Of a DNA stretch of 64,000 nt, positions 28,562-44,031 are shown in pieces. A model generated the notes under the pieces. It saw nothing but the letters and a program-made list of their open reading frames with translations. It had not been told where the DNA came from and made no database searches. This stretch comes from Trichoplax adhaerens (taxonomy: Eukaryota; Animalia; Placozoa): the NCBI RefSeq assembly GCF_000150275.1, contig NW_002060951.1, positions 1,498,297 through 1,562,296 of the forward strand, written 5' to 3'. How positions within the stretch are numbered: position 1 is the stretch's first letter; each line of letters begins with the position of its first letter. The translations under genes were made by a program, and so were the position numbers.

Positions 28562-28780
28562 CTACAGTTTGCTTCAGATCTTAATTAGTACATACGTTAT
28601 TTAATGCGTGAAATGGGTGACGTTCAGATAAAAAATTCAATAAAATGGATGACTGTTCCTTATAATCTGAGATGTTTTGTTAATGATGCAACACACCTAA
28701 CTGCCTTCGAATATAATCTCCAAAAGTTAGAGAGTATACTGCATACGAGCACATATGTGCTTATGTTGTATGGCATGCTG
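28562..28780 (+). mobile_element. Degenerate non-LTR retrotransposon (RTE-like) reverse transcriptase fragment
   Basis: LN*YIRYLMREMGDVQIKNSIKWMTVPYNLRCFVNDATHLTAFEYNLQKL resembles the RTE consensus FNLYAEYIMR...GIKI.G..INNLRYADDTTL.AE.E..L..L. The catalytic YADD is degraded to FVND, with a TAG at 28586. Confidence 0.55.
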
Positions 28781-29415
28781 GATAAACACGTGGAAGCTTC
28801 CACTTTGCTACGAGAGTTATTTATTTGGCTAAGGCAAATGGGTACAAGTTTGAAGTTTTTCTTGGATCCTACTATATAATACAATATTCGCTGTATTAGC
28901 CTACTTGCTGTCAGCCACACACAGATCAAGATGTTTAAATCATTTGTGATTTGATTCGGTACAATCAACATTTGAAAAACACATGCTATAAACTTAGTTC
29001 CTTCTTACTTTGCACTTTGATTTTAGTAGATCGCTACCTTACGCGGGTATAGAACAGCTGTGAAGCCTCTTATACAGTAGCTACATAATCTCTATTCTGT
29101 AGAATTATCATATGCAATAGAGTTTAGGACATTAATGTCTACACAGCAATTTACAATATATCGAGCACACTCGAGCACTACTGTAGAATATTGATTTAAC
29201 AGCTTTCATCTCTCAAATTGGACAGACAGACAGAAAGAAAAATAAAAAGCGTTAGAGGAGATTTGTTCATAGTGATGCATAGCCTAGTTGGTTTAGCGCC
29301 TCTTTCTTCTTTACTTCAGAATACGAGGAAAAGGTAAAGCCAGGTTGTAAACTTATAGCCAGGGTCTGGTACCATTGATGATTTGCATTATGTCATTGAT
29401 AATGATATTATCAAC

Positions 29416-29583
29416 ACTGTCTACCGATACTGATAGTAATATTTTCAAGAATATCAATCGCTTTCGGCGATATACTGTGTACATCACTAATTCATAAGAA
29501 ATATAAAAGTGAAGCTTACTGTCTACTGAAACTGATAGTAATATTCAAGAATATCATTAGCTTTGGACGATATACTGTATACA
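29416..29583. repeat. Short diverged direct repeat (~67 bp, 2 copies)
   Basis: actgtctac.ga.actgatagtaatatt..caagaatatca...gcttt.g.cgatatactgt.taca occurs at 29416 and 29518. Confidence 0.75.
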
Positions 29584-29743
29584 GATATAATATCATTGAT
29601 TGACAAGTGATACGAAAATAAAGCTTTATTAATAATAATTTTATTTAAAATTACGAAACATAAACAGTTAAACATGCATCCGAGTTCAGCTTGAATGAAT
29701 TTGCAACGTTTTTGACGGACCAATTCTTAAGCTTCCGAATGAT

Positions 29744-30335
29744 GTCAATTTTTATACCATGGAAATTGGTTATTCAAATATTTCCTGTCCCCCATTGAAG
29801 TTTTTTTTGCGAATGCCATACGTACTGTACAACAGTCTGATGAGTTCACTGATAAATCATGTATCTACTACAGTACGTATCGTATCATTTTAGCATTATC
29901 TTAACCCTAATATCGCTGAGCTCAAGCTTGCATCAGTGATCGTGATATTATTAGGCGATACTGATACTAATAGTAGGAAGAAATATCAATATCGCTACCA
30001 TCATCGGTGATATCTTTTGTAGAGGTAGAATTAGTGCTTACAGTACCGAGACACGTCAATTTTCATACCATGGAAATTGGTTATTGAAAATTTCCTGTCC
30101 TCCTTCAAGGGTTAAGTTGTAAGTTTTAATGCGGACGCACTAGACACTGTACTTATAGTGGACAGTGTACAGAAGTCTAATAAATTCCCCTGATAAATCA
30201 TTCACTGTACGTATCATATCATTTTAGTATCATGCAAATATCGCTGAGCTTAAGCTTGTATCAGTGATTGTGATACCATTAGGAAGAAAGTAATACGAAT
30301 AGCAAGCAATATCATCACTATCACTATCATTTGTT
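29744..30335. repeat. Diverged tandem duplication (~311-bp unit, 2 copies)
   Basis: gtcaatttt.ataccatggaaattggttatt...tttcctgtcc...ctgataaatcat...aatatcgctgagct.aagcttg.atcagtgat occurs at 29744 and 30055. Confidence 0.8.
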
Positions 30336-31042
30336 GGAATTCTATTCTAGTTTATGTGTTAGCTCCACGTTCAGGTACTCTGGTGAAGACTCTGAAACGA
30401 AGTAGCACACTGATAATTGCTTTAAACTGCTTTATTAGCTTCTATCCAAATAGATATGCTCTTAGCGATGTAAGAGACAAGCATAAATCACTAACGTTGT
30501 CTAAGATAGATATCCAAGAAGTACGGTGCTTTATAGTATGTAGCTTCCTGAGTTATAGATTGATTCTAGATAAGTCAGTTCAGCCGACTAAAACCAGTTC
30601 TCTAGGATCAACTAATAGCAATACAATAATATTATGATATGCTTTCCAAATTTGAGATCGTGGAGTTCCATTTCAACCAATCACCGGTTCATACCTTGAT
30701 TTAGATTCCAACAAATCAGTGATAAGTTATAACGAATACACTAGTTCCATGTACATTGTACACTTGTACCGCTTTTCAGTTGTGATATTCTTAGCCTTTG
30801 CCAAATAACCAAGTTACAACAACATCTTACGCAATCAAAACAAACAAGGGTAGAAACAATGCCGACCCTTCTCGACTGTACAACAGGGTGTGTGGAAAGT
30901 CATTTGAGATTTCTAAGTGTAATATCAGGATATTTTCCAATGATTTTCTAAACATTTTTGTACAGTATGCCGACCTTAGTTAATTAAGAACAAGTCGATA
31001 AAGACCTTGGCTGTTCAATGTTCACTCAGTCCCTGCTGAGAT

Positions 31043-31531
31043 CCAGGTCTAGTGGATTGCTATTTTGCAGGATGACGCAGCAGTACTGTATGAGGCTACA
31101 GTGGATAGGCAATACTGTACACTGCATTTTACATTGGAATGCGTCAACGCTTTTTCGATGACCGATGACCTGATGATGATGGCTAGTACTGGCACTACTT
31201 TCAGTCTACGCTATACATATACCTTACCTACAGTGTACAGTATGGAACAGTGTACTTGGACAGATGAAAAACTGGACTATCCAATCCCCAGGTCTAGTGG
31301 ATTGCTATTTTACAGGATGACGCAGCAGTACTGTGTGAGGCTACAGTGGATAGGCGATACTGCACAGTGCATTTTGCATTGGAATGCGTCAATGCTTTTT
31401 CCATGACCCATGACCTGATGATGATGGTTAGTGCTGGCAATACTTTCAGTCTACGCTATACATATACCTTACCTACAATGTACAGTATGGAACAGTGTAC
31501 TTTGACAGATTAAAAACTGGACTATCCAATC
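31043..31531. repeat. Recent tandem duplication (245-bp unit, 2 copies) upstream of PTGR1
   Basis: ccaggtctagtggattgctatttt...actggactatccaatc occurs at 31043 and 31288 in near-identical form. Confidence 0.9.
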
Positions 31532-31990
31532 ACGTTGCGCCAAAGTCGACGTCACACCTATGATACTAATTAGTATATAATGCCACATCCTCTCAATTTT
31601 TCTTTCTTCTTGACCACCAAGTGTCAAAGTGTCAGCTGATATTCAATCAGGTTAGCCAATTTTTTTCAACCTTTCTAGAGGTTATGCTCAACTTAAAACT
31701 GTGTAGGATTGAAAAACCAAATACAACTGCTACTTCCTTAGGATCAGAATACATTTTGTACTCAGATTAAAATCTTACGGCAATGATAGATGGACAATCA
31801 TGATATACAGTATATAACATAACATATATACAGACATACAGTACGATAATCGGCTTAGATAAGGAAGTACAATCGCACTTTCTATTGGATGTTGACGGTG
31901 ACAATTCAATTTTTTGGGGGGATTTTAATCTAGTGCATTCGCTATCCAGCTCGTTTACGTTCGTTCAAATAGAATCTATATCAAGACAAG

Positions 31991-35087
<3,097 letters not shown>

Positions 35088-36179
35088 GCGATTTGTTGCT
35101 GAATTCAGTTGCATTAAACATCATCAGTATTTCATTCTTATAGTTAGAGGAACTTGACCTAGATTTTATAATAGGAGCAAAGCCAAATAGTATAATAGCT
35201 ACTGAAGGTTCAGACACTACTGTTTGCGATATTAACGATTATTGCTTACTGCATGATATAACAACGATTGCCCATATTGTATTTTGAACAATGATTCGCA
35301 ATTTTTCATAAACGATTACTTTGTAAGTCTTAGACACTTCATTTTTACTTGAAGAAGGATGGCAATTGATCGTAGGAATTAAATAAATTCTAGAATAATG
35401 CAATGACATGATACATTTCGTGATTAATTTTTATGGTTAAACTATTGGCGTCTTACTGTCATTTTTACTGCTTGTAAAGATAATCAAAAATCATGTTGCA
35501 TGAATAGAAAAATTGTTGTGATAACGATATAATATTGAAAAGGCTCTCCATACACTGCACTGTAGCATAAGAATGCGGTGATTTGATCTATCATGTAGTT
35601 AAAGTAAGTACTGATGTTGTGTTATGAAGAGAAATTCTAGTTGTGATGTTAATATTCTGGATAGAAATGACAGCGCTATATTCACATGAGTGAGCATTTT
35701 ACTTACTTAGTTACCCTAATGACAAACAAAACAATGATGTTAGAGTGTAGGTCTGACAGTAGCGTACCTGCAGTATACAGTTGGTATAAATACAGTAGTG
35801 ATAACAACGAAAAAGAGCATACATGTAATTATAGTAACAATCAGATTTCAATCTTTACTGATTCTATATGAGAGCTAATCATATACGATAGAGAAATTTA
35901 TAGTATTCTTTTATCTCTTCTTTAAAAGTGCCATGATACTAGACACATTTGTAACTTTTAGAATACATACTTAATTACTGAGATACGATATTTTAATATC
36001 AAAAATGTTGATAGCTTTATTAATTTTTAATATGATCCGGAATCAATTAAATTTTCATGGCATGACGCGTGCTATAAATTTTGTTATTGATTTGTAGAAG
36101 GCTGAATAAGACTTTAAAAAAACAAGTTATATAGGAATTCACATAACGCGTAAACAGATTTTGAACTCGTAATAAATGT

Positions 36180-39100
36180 ATACGTAAGAATTGCGCAACT
36201 TATTGGGTTTGAAGTAGTGGGATGCCTTTTGAATCATGTTTTTTCACTGACCACTGGCCCTACGTGATGGATCCGTCGGTGTACTGTACTGTGATTGTAT
36301 TTTTGTGACGTACTTACATTAATTAATATAACATCGTATTCGAACATCCTTTCTCATAGACAGTGTAGTGTCTTGCTAGATTTATCATACTATTTAATCT
36401 GTGAATAGCTTGAGCAATAATATTATGGAAAGAATGTAAAGACGTATTAGATATTTGTAACACAATTAACTTCAAAATCAAAAATTGGCGTAGTATCTTG
36501 GTTACTGATAGCTATAGACACTAAAAGTTGACCGGTGATGTAATTAAGAATGGACAGACTATTATTTTACATTTAAGATAAAAACATGAAATAACAATAT
36601 GCTAGGTTGATATTGTACTCAGAAATTTATATAAGTTTTAAATTACTATAGATTACATGGAGCTTCCATTAGACTCATTTATTTATTATACTGAAAAATG
36701 AGCTTGATAGCAATGGTAGAATATCCGTCTTAATATCAAATATAGTAAAAAGTTTTACTAATTCCTCCAACCTGTCTTGAAGTCTGGCTATACAATTTGT
36801 TTGTAACGATAATCATGATCAGTATTTATAGGAGTACATCCCACATGGATGTATCACTTGTAGAATATTTATATTATGATCTCAAGTATTAACTATTCGT
36901 ATGAGTTCGCCTTATAAGATATCTCTTATAATATAAGGCTGCACTAGACTGCAGTTTCTTAATAATCAGATTTCTAAGGAATATAATGCTCTTTCTTTCG
37001 TATCATAAGATCACAATTTACACCATGTCATGTCTAAACCTGTTGACATTATCGCAGTGTTCATAGCTTATTTACGATATTCAGTAATATAAGCTACGAT
37101 TTCGAAGTATACTATAATTATGAATTATTACCATCTTATCATTTAAGAAGGTGAATTGAAAGAAATACTTTATGATGTGCAAGGATTATCTTCATAAAAC
37201 TATGGATATTTAATAATGAGTCCAAACTATAGATATTAAGATAATATGAATAATAGTTAGTATACATTTTGCCTGCTTAGATGTAAATATTTTACTGTTG
37301 TATGTATATTGCATATATTGTTATATAGGCAAAGCTTGCATAAGTTTTTAAAATTATTAATAAACGCAGGGAACAATTTATTTACTTGCCTTACAAGTTA
37401 TTATAAGTATAGTGCGTTTGTTGGAGAAGGAAAACATAAAAGAAAAAATTTTCGTTCGGCGATTCAATTTAAGGACGGAACTCAATAATTGATAATTTTT
37501 GTATCATTAATTAATTAATTATGGTGAAAGCGAAGACTATTATCGACATTAAAATTAATTATAGCTATTGTGAATAGATCAAATAAACAGATAATATAAC
37601 AAACCGGACTAATGTCATCAAGTGCCTTTAGTGCCTCGAAAATATTCTACTTGCTTAGATTACCAAATCGAACTCATACTGAATCTGAATACATAGCTTG
37701 TCCTTCAGGTTAAAATTTTGCGCCATGTGCGATATTAAGCTATAGTATGTCTTAAAGTGTTCAACTTTAAAGGCAATTTTGTAAATTTTCATTAGCTTGT
37801 ATTTTTATGTTTCGGAAATATTTCCATCTACTTAAATTATGAATTGGAGGTACACTATTGGACATATGGCATGTCTCTCATATCAGAATTTTGAACTATG
37901 CATAGTATTATTGTACAGTATATTGAAATGAATATAAGATTGTTGATCTCGTTATTTATTACAAGGAGTGTGAGCCCATTCTAGTGCAATATGGCCAGAT
38001 AGCTAATATGGTATTCATAAATTACAAATATTAATTCTAACTAATATCGTATTAGTGATAGTGTGATCTCTTTTATTAAGATTTCCAGGAACGAAGATTA
38101 TTAAACGTCATAGTTCATACTGCTTTGAACTATTATTCAATATAGTAACCACATAGGGAGAGAATTTCAGTATACTATCAATAAAATTTTCGATTTCCAT
38201 ACGACTTCATCGTACAATTCACACAGGATTCAATACCACACTTCATACAGTAATTTTGTTGTTTACTGCATACCGTACTGTATGTGCAAATTATATTTGA
38301 TGTTATTTTAGTCTTATAAAATCAAATATTTGAAACAATAGCCATTTTCCTAAATATTTTTTGTCATCTAGTATTTTAATAACATATAGTTGGGTATCTT
38401 AGATACTTTGTAGTAGAACCTGCGAGTGGTAATGTCTTGTTTATTTATGTTGATAATAATTTTATGATTGGACTGAGTATAAGGCTTTCAGCAGACGTAA
38501 ATGGCTATCGTTGTTATTGCTAAGATAGAAGACCACTTTGATTATCGTGCTAGCTGTATTCTCCAATCAAACAGAGACTTGTAGTTGTTATTGATGAACA
38601 AATTCAATATCCAACCGATTACCACAACGTCAGTAAGAGTTAAAGTTCATTCTGCGATATACGTTCTTGAAATAATTTATATTAACCTTGTCAAAGTTGA
38701 ATTTTTCAGTTTTCTGATTAACTACTGTACCTTGAATCGATTTTTGCTTCACACCCTAAATTATAAGGTATTGATATTGCATTTAAATATGTATATGAAA
38801 GGCTATAACATTAACTGAGATGAAGAACAATTGCCTAAAATCTTATTCGATTATCACTTTAATTTTCTTTCCTCTATCCACTAATTATTATCGTAAAGTT
38901 ATATGCCAAGTTTAATATTGATTGTTTTACTGTAATATGTCAGCTGTAGCCTACCCAGGTAAAATATTAATTTTAGGATTGATTAAATTTATCATATTTT
39001 TCTATCTTGCGAGCTTTTTTCTGACTATTTCAATGATAAGTCTTGGAAAACGATATTTACTTTCCTCTATTCATAAAAGAGTTAAATTACTGTAAATAAC

Positions 39101-40955
39101 ATTTTTATAAATTCATATTGTAATTATAAATCCTATTAAATGTGTGAATTAATGATTAAAATTTTAGAATAGGCATCGCCTAAAACTTAGCTCGCTAATA
39201 TAAAGTTTGATATATTGGGATAAAGAAATGAAATAATCGTATCTTCTTTTTGTTAATGCTTTATGCTCAAGCTGCTTGGTCAGAGCTACAAAATGCATTC
39301 CAAGTGGATAACATTGGCAATTGTACTATTACTTGCCTTTGGCAATATTTGTGAGTCTCGATTTTTATCGAAACCAAAGAGTAATAAGACGGCTAATAAT
39401 GATGAAAATAAGCACAATCCAATAACAAATGGCACTAATTCGTATGATGAAGAGGAAGAAAGCGATGGAGGGATGAGATCTTTATTAGATTGGCTAAAGG
39501 ATATACTATTTGGTAACAAAAACGGTAACCGAATAGATAAATTTAAGGATTGGTTGAAGGATCGCTACAATAGGACTGGTAATATGGAGGATTATGATGA
39601 AGGTGACTTTTTTGATGGGGATGATAAAGAATATGAAGATGAAGGGGAAGATTTTGAAGGTATAGATGAAAGTAAAGATGAAGAGGAGATTGGGGGTGCG
39701 GACGAAGAGAACGAAGATGAGGATGATGAGGAGTGGTCCTGGAATTGGCCATGGGGAGACGACGGCGAAGAAGAAGAAGAAGAAGAAGAAAGAGAGCTCG
39801 AAGACACTGATAAAGATAGCGAGGAAAGTTCAGAAAGTTGGAATATGTTTAATGACCTATTTGAATTCTTTACCGGCTCATCCGAGGGTGACAATGACGA
39901 CAAACAAGTCGATAAGGAAGACAAAGATAGGTATGATGATAATGAAGAGGATCGCCATGAAGATGATGATGCTTATGAAGGTGAAGGCGAATATAATGAA
40001 GATGAAGATGATGAATATTACGATGATGAAGATGAGAATGAAGAAGATAGAGAGGAAATAAATAATGGAGAAGCGGAAGAGAAAGAACTAGAAGAAGAAG
40101 CAGAAGAATTAGAAGAAAAATTAAGCGGCGATAAAGGAGAAGAAGAAGAAAATAAAAGTTTCTGGGATTTCTTCTTTTAATTTCTCTAGAAGGTGTAGTC
40201 GTGGAATGAGATAAAGATTCTCTGAAAGAAGACTATCCAAAATAAATAAAAACTAAGAATGACTACATTAGTAGTTGATCATTCTATTAATTATAAAATC
40301 CATTATAACTAAGATGATTATTTTTAGATTGGAGGTAGCAAAAATCAAGAATGCTTAGATGACAACTGCTTCATCTAATTAATTTGTGAAATGAAGTGTA
40401 AATTTTATCAATAGACATTGGCATCAATAAATGAATGAATAGACATTGATTTAAGGCATCTCTCCGCAATTGCTATGATTAAGCTCAATATTCTATTTAT
40501 TCAGTCAGCGAGAAAGATGAATTTCTTTTGGAAAAATTACGCTATTCTGGCATTTTATAGTAATGATTGCAGTACTTATTCCAGTGGATGAGAATAAGAA
40601 GTTTAAGCCAGCCATTAATATAATACGGATATAGCTAATATTGCAAACAGCGTAATTAAAACAAGTACGAACTTTCTAATAATTAATACCGCATGATATG
40701 TGCAATTATACTCTTAGTTTGAGTTTAAGCTGCTAGTGCTATTAGCTGGCATAGCATTATCCATATTTTGCCGTCAATGTTATTATCTCTTACTATCGCA
40801 TTTACTAACAACATTTTATTTCATTTTTTAGCTTTACCAAACTTGAGCTGCTATTAAATAACATTCGGGCATTGATACTAGTTTGGCAATAATTACATGC
40901 GGATATTTGTATTGTGCAACAGCTTAGCGTAGTTGTATCAACAAAATATCGCATT
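36180..40955 (+). pseudogene. Decayed GABA-B-like paralog relic (psi-C), interrupted by the acidic-protein gene
   Basis: Strongest part is 40718-40955: FEFKLLVLLAGIALSIFCR vs YGYKFLLLVFGTFLAWETR (TM5), IAFTNNILFHFLALP vs LAIYNAVIFATIGVL (TM6), GIDTSLAIITCGYLYCATA* vs GIDGGYIINSSFILICATS (TM7), joined by frameshifts. Weaker upstream pieces in order: LKNELDSNG..KSF at 36691 (exon 4), ECEPI..IWP at 37966-37998 (exon 9), LSS/FNNI*LGIL at ~38360 (exon 11), KDEFL..WM.I at ~40513-40595 (exon 12). Confidence 0.55.
39293..40180 (+). CDS. Uncharacterised intronless secreted Asp/Glu-rich protein with aromatic amphipathic motifs (~295 aa)
   Basis: Single open frame. MHSKWITLAIVLLLAFGNICES is a typical signal peptide (an in-frame upstream ATG lies at 39263). 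The mature part is about 43% D+E by hand count and has no Cys. Motifs DWLKD x2, WSWNWPWG, WNMFNDLFEFF and C-terminal FWDFFF. AATAAA follows the stop (~40241). Confidence 0.85.
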   Translation: MHSKWITLAIVLLLAFGNICESRFLSKPKSNKTANNDENKHNPITNGTNSYDEEEESDGGMRSLLDWLKDILFGNKNGNRIDKFKDWLKDRYNRTGNMEDYDEGDFFDGDDKEYEDEGEDFEGIDESKDEEEIGGADEENEDEDDEEWSWNWPWGDDGEEEEEEEERELEDTDKDSEESSESWNMFNDLFEFFTGSSEGDNDDKQVDKEDKDRYDDNEEDRHEDDDAYEGEGEYNEDEDDEYYDDEDENEEDREEINNGEAEEKELEEEAEELEEKLSGDKGEEEENKSFWDFFF

Positions 40956-43070
40956 CTACAGTTGCTCCTCGTACACGTTTATAACTATTTTATTAAGTTC
41001 GAATCACATAAGCCCTATTTTCTTTTCATAGTTATGCCGAAATAAGCTAACATCTTCTGCACCGTGATTACAAGAAATTATTGTCTTTGTCATATAATTC
41101 AGTACGACAGTATCATAGGTTCTTTATCCATCGAATTTGATTATCATTGCATGGTTAATTTAAATTCCTATCTGTTACTGTATAAATTATTAATTTTTAG
41201 TCAATCAGTTAGCGAGTCAGTTATTTTTAGATAGAGCTGATTGCAATATATATATTCGTATATTACATGTAGTTGAATAATAATTAATTAACATAAACCA
41301 TCGTTGTGCTACTAGTATCAGGTGATATGCTGTAGTTTACTAATGTTAGCTTTGTTAACTACTAATATATAGTTAATACTTGACCGTCTAGAAGTGTCAG
41401 TGGCTCTTATACTGAACCTTTTATTATTTCAGTCTTGTATGAATCAATTATAGTTACATAAGTAATTATTATTTATACTGTAGTTATGAAGTTGCCCAAT
41501 ATTTATACCGGACCGCATCGGGCATTTATAGAAAATTTTAGCTTAAGCGGGTAGACAAAAGCTACAGCAAGATCTACCGATTAATTAATTTAATTATCTT
41601 CAGTACTGTACGTGAGAAATTGTATCTATTGATGCTTTAATTGTGATTATAGAGGACTTTATTACTCTCATAGATTGAAGAAAATGTAATTGCATTTATA
41701 TGCTGCATATACAAGGACTCAGCGTCCAGACAATATTTAAAAGATTTACATTAATTAATACACAACTGCGGAATTATAATGCATATTTTTCGTTCACTTG
41801 TTGAAACTGTTCAGGCAAAGTAGTTTTAACAAACTGTGTTAAAAGTTTACAGTAAGATAATTGTTTCTAAATTGTATCTTACCTGCCTGTACAGTAGTTA
41901 TTCGGATCAATAGTTAAAACAATTCAAGTAAGTGAAGGAGTAGCTAAAGGGCAGTTTCTAAATTTGGACCCTAGTTGGTGTTGATACTGTTACATAAATC
42001 GAATATCAGCTGGAACTATTCTATATGCGTATTTAAAACTCTTGAAATACTGAGTAGTAAGAAATAATTAGTACAGTCTTGATGATACAGTATTAGTAAA
42101 TGATCATGTGGAGGTGACATTACTTGTACATTTCTGTAGGTTCGTTTAACGTCCAGTTTTTCTTTCCTTTTTTTCAACTGTGACTTTTGGGGTGTTTTGA
42201 CACTGTGACAACTTTTTGGCTTTTGGGGTGAAACTTTATCTGTAGGCGTACCTATTTAGACCATTTATTAGGACTGTTAAGTATTATAAGTAATTTTTAT
42301 TTAATTAAATCTTGAATAAGATGACTTTTAGCAGGATTGCTCAATATTTGAGGAGTCTTCGAACTATTCAGTATATTAAAAATTTTTCAAATGATCAATG
42401 GTTTCCTGCTGTCGGTTCCTCTGAAACGTTATATTAGTACTATAGTACCGATAATGATAAAGAAATTGTACCTAATATTAGCGTTGACTGTATACTTTAT
42501 ATATAGTACATAACTTAGACCAAAGCATACAAGCTATGAAACTCTGCTATGGCTTTCCTTTATCAATGATTGATTTTGAGTCACTGCCCTACACATGAGA
42601 GAGTATGGAGGAAAGAATCAGAGCACACCAATTTATTATTTAAGTTGCTTTTTCTTTTTTACCGTACTTTCAATCGGCCCTACTATCAAGTAATGGCAGT
42701 AGTACTGTGTAGTCCCAGAATAGATCATGTTTGGGACAGAAGTAATTGATGTAATTAGGAGAATTTAACAAGAAATAGAAATCTTCATATTTAAGAGACA
42801 GTTTATGGAGAGCAGAATTGTAATGAATGAAGTCAACATTAACATCAAGCAAATGGCTGCCATGGTCCTAGCCTCAATTTGCGGACAGATCTTGCCTATC
42901 CAATGAATGGATGTGTTATGCGTTATGCTTTAGTGTGCCTTTGACACACTGGAGCAAGTCCAGTGCATCATTTCTTTCCTACTGAATAAGTACTGAATTA
43001 TAGCACTCTTACCGATACTGCATAAGCAAGTTACAAGATCGTAAATCATATTATTAGATGTTATGGTGTC

Positions 43071-43121
43071 TTTAGGGTTAGGAATCGAATTTAGGGGGCA
43101 GGTGAGGGTTGGTTAGGGTTT
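43071..43121 (+). repeat. Degenerate TTAGGG-like tract
   Basis: tttagggttagg..ttaggggg..gagggttggttagggttt lies just left of the MITE array. Confidence 0.45.
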
Positions 43122-43148
43122 ACTTTTATCAATAAAGAACGACTTCTT

Positions 43149-43424
43149 GTAAGCAATTTCGCACGGGTTGCAATCCCTCGTGGCACCAGGGATTGCACTC
43201 GGGTTTTCCATACTCGGGTAGAATACCCGGGCACCCGAGCAATTTTAAATATTGATGGCATGAAACGGGATACCCTGGTAAGCAATTTCCCAAGGGTTGC
43301 AATCCCTCGTGGCACCAGGGATTGCACTCGGGTTTTCCATACTCGGGTACCCGAGCAATTTTGATATTGATGGTATGAAACGGGGGTACCCGGGTAACCC
43401 ATTTTCCACTGCTTGCAATCCCTA
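43149..43424. mobile_element. Tandem array of a hAT-like MITE (TIR AGGGATTGCA/TGCAATCCCT)
   Basis: TGCAATCCCT at 43169, 43298 and 43414; AGGGATTGCA at 43188 and 43317. The identical 9-bp spacer cgtggcacc lies between units (43179, 43308). Internal CTCGGGTA/TACCCGGG palindromes are present and the period is 129 bp. Confidence 0.7.
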
Positions 43425-44031
43425 ATGCCAAACGAGTGAGTGCATACAGGGACAGCAAATTTTTTTAGTCTTTTTTCTCGGAAAGGAGGAAAAATGGAAA
43501 CATTGCTTCGTAGCCTCCACTAGTCCCCACTGCACACTAGGGGTCTCTAGTGCTGACTACTAGAAAAAAGGAAAGAAACCTTTTTCTAGTCTACTTGTTA
43601 TTACGGCTTTAAAATAATAATATTGTACACTACAGTCTACTGGTGCTTAATAAGTTGTTCACTGCGGCAGTGGATAGGTGACGCCATTACACTCTTCCAC
43701 TTTCGCTAGTCCTTTTTTTACTCCCGTCAGTTACAGTACTGTACATTGTAACATAGACTGCTACTGTACAGTAGAAAGAGGATTGACTGCCACATCATTA
43801 TTCCAGTCATTCCACTCTATGCTCTCGCGGAAACCGTATGCCATACAGCTAGATAGGAAGGCTCTCTATTTTTAGTACTGTACACTACAGTATATTGTAC
43901 TGAGCCGTTGTTTGCTGTCTCACTCTTTTCTTTTTAGTTGTTTCCGGCTATCCGTACCTTCCGTACCTTACCTCGACGATCTGTATTGACAAATGGATCA
44001 CTTGTAGGTTGATCAAGTTAATCATATCGAT

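Noticed and set aside
31065-31406. 113-aa ORF
   Set aside because: It lies within the 245-bp duplication, starts at a non-ATG codon and has no recognisable domain.
37839-37931. WRYTIGHMAC, like a rhodopsin-class ECL1 motif
   Set aside because: No DRY motif or other supporting segments, and it terminates immediately.
39286-40061. Ser-rich, His/Leu-rich and Lys/Met-rich ORFs overlapping the acidic gene
   Set aside because: These are shadow frames of the GAA/GAT-rich coding sequence.
43091-43458. Two minus-strand ORFs with repeated peptides
   Set aside because: They are translations of the GC-rich MITE array (129-bp period, divisible by 3).
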